From: Enterobacter phage fGh-Ecl02
Strand: one strand, 5' to 3'
Sequence record: ON212266.1
Length of the DNA stretch: 64,000 nucleotides
Of the stretch, positions 62,916-64,000 are shown one piece after another (position 1 is the first letter of the stretch; each line of letters begins with the position of its first letter). The notes beneath the pieces were generated by a model, which worked only from the letters and a program-made list of their open reading frames with translations, was not told the DNA's origin and did not search any database. Both the position numbers and the translations under genes were made by a program.

Positions 62916-63015
62916 TTCAATAAAAGGGGCTTTGCCCCTTTACTTCTTCAATATCCTTCCCTATACTTCATTCCATAAGCAGTACGACACCAACTTGAAT
63001 AGCAGGAACTATATC
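62916..63015 (+). repeat. Early-promoter-like intergenic cassette, copy 2
   Basis: Near-identical blocks tacttcttcaata and tatacttcattccataagcag(t/c)ac and the same TTTACT-N17-TATACT geometry as copy 1. Confidence 0.6.
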
Positions 63016-63351
63016 ATGACACAACTCAAGAACTTCACCGCCGATGACATGTTTGCCTTCCAGGGTGCTGAGCACTTTGCTGACGGCTCCGTACCTCGCA
63101 TCTACTACTTCTCCGACGAAGAAATGGAAGATTTCTTCTCCCTGATGGAAAAGGACTACGAACCAGACGACTTCGTTTATATCATCCATCACGCTGAAGG
63201 ACTGACCTTGGGTTGGACGGCCAACAATGAACCAGAAGAAGTAAACTTCCCTGAAGGTATCATGTCAGAGCGCGTCGAATATCTACTGGAAGCCCTGGAC
63301 CCCCACACCCTCCCGCTCTGGGCGATGTCTGTAGCCCAAGTTCAAAAATAA
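63016..63351 (+). CDS. Hypothetical acidic protein (111 aa)
   Basis: Preceded by early-promoter-like cassette copy 2 (62916-63015). Confidence 0.45.
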   Translation: MTQLKNFTADDMFAFQGAEHFADGSVPRIYYFSDEEMEDFFSLMEKDYEPDDFVYIIHHAEGLTLGWTANNEPEEVNFPEGIMSERVEYLLEALDPHTLPLWAMSVAQVQK

Positions 63352-63426
63352 GATAAGGGGGCTGACGCTCCCTTTTGGTTTCGCTAATTAGAAGAAACCG
63401 CCATTAATTCAATCAGGAGATATAAA

Positions 63427-64000
63427 ATGTCAAAGCTAAGTTTCCTCCAGTTCATGCAGGAAAGAGATCAGTTGGACGAAGCGTTCAACTCCGCTCCGTA
63501 TGAGCTGACCATGGGTAAGAAGAACGCAGGCGATGTGTTCTTCACCTTCGTCGACGAAGATGAAAAGGAATACCGCATTCAGTTCTATACTCCTCAGGGG
63601 CTGGGTAAGAGTGTTCGTCAGGTTTTCATCGGCCAGAAGCGCGGCTCCGTCTATCCTGACGCCATCGCTCGCTTCAAGAACCCAATGCGCGTTATCGCTT
63701 CCATGATCGAAGCGACCAAACAATTCATGGCGACTCCTCTGGGCAAGACCATCGATGGCTTTGCTGTCAACTTCTCTAAGAAAGCGCTGGATCGTGGGAT
63801 GACCCTGATCCCGAAAATCATCCGCCAATCCGGCCTGAAGCAGAAACTGAATGTCATGGACCTGACCTACGCGCCTGTCCCTGACCGTGGTTATGTGTGG
63901 CTGGTACGCAAGGGTAAAGATCCGGCTCAGGTATTTGACGGTCCGAAGATGCAGGGCATCACCTGGGATGATCCAGATAAGGTCGGCGACGTTCCGGTTC
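63427..64000 (+). CDS. Hypothetical protein, 3' end beyond the window; missing from the ORF table for lack of a stop
   Basis: SD AGGAGA 7 nt upstream of the ATG. 191 codons with no stop and codon usage typical of the window. The table's minus-strand ORFs at 63436-63857 are its antisense. Confidence 0.5.
   Translation, partial: MSKLSFLQFMQERDQLDEAFNSAPYELTMGKKNAGDVFFTFVDEDEKEYRIQFYTPQGLGKSVRQVFIGQKRGSVYPDAIARFKNPMRVIASMIEATKQFMATPLGKTIDGFAVNFSKKALDRGMTLIPKIIRQSGLKQKLNVMDLTYAPVPDRGYVWLVRKGKDPAQVFDGPKMQGITWDDPDKVGDVPV

Noticed and set aside
1-64000. tRNA genes, CRISPR arrays, rRNA
   Set aside because: No T-loop-like GGTTCGAATCC-type elements or cloverleaf candidates were seen in intergenic regions, and no direct-repeat arrays. 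The only repeats are the paired regulatory cassettes.

Overview
This window is a contiguous block of a T4-like (Straboviridae/Ackermannviridae-like) myovirus genome, coded almost entirely on the + strand. Alignment from memory to T4 proteins identifies most of the genes. From start to end: three beta-helix tailspike genes; a 1612-aa virion protein; the neck and packaging genes (gp13, gp14, gp15, gp16, gp17); then sheath (gp18), tube (gp19), portal (gp20), prohead core (gp67/68-like), protease (gp21), scaffold (gp22) and major capsid (gp23). An accessory stretch of small genes follows, then a recombination/replication block: UvsY-like, PD-(D/E)xK nuclease, UvsW, gp45, gp44, gp62, RegA. Three large unknown genes sit where T4 has DNA polymerase. 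A second accessory stretch carries a vWA protein, an ACP-like protein and a run of exported proteins. The window ends with HU, a DinG-like Fe-S helicase, RNase HI, late sigma gp55, gp47/gp46 and more small genes. Selfish elements sit beside the most conserved genes: a 159-aa mini-intein splits the terminase P-loop, a GIY-YIG endonuclease lies between gp18 and gp19, and a zinc-ribbon + Vsr-like nuclease follows gp23. A recurring CACTAAATA(C/T)C box, often followed by a 5' leader hairpin, precedes late/structural genes and fits the gp55 late sigma encoded here. The accessory regions carry repeated hairpin-plus-promoter cassettes. Four well-supported genes run on the minus strand. No tRNA, rRNA or CRISPR was recognised.
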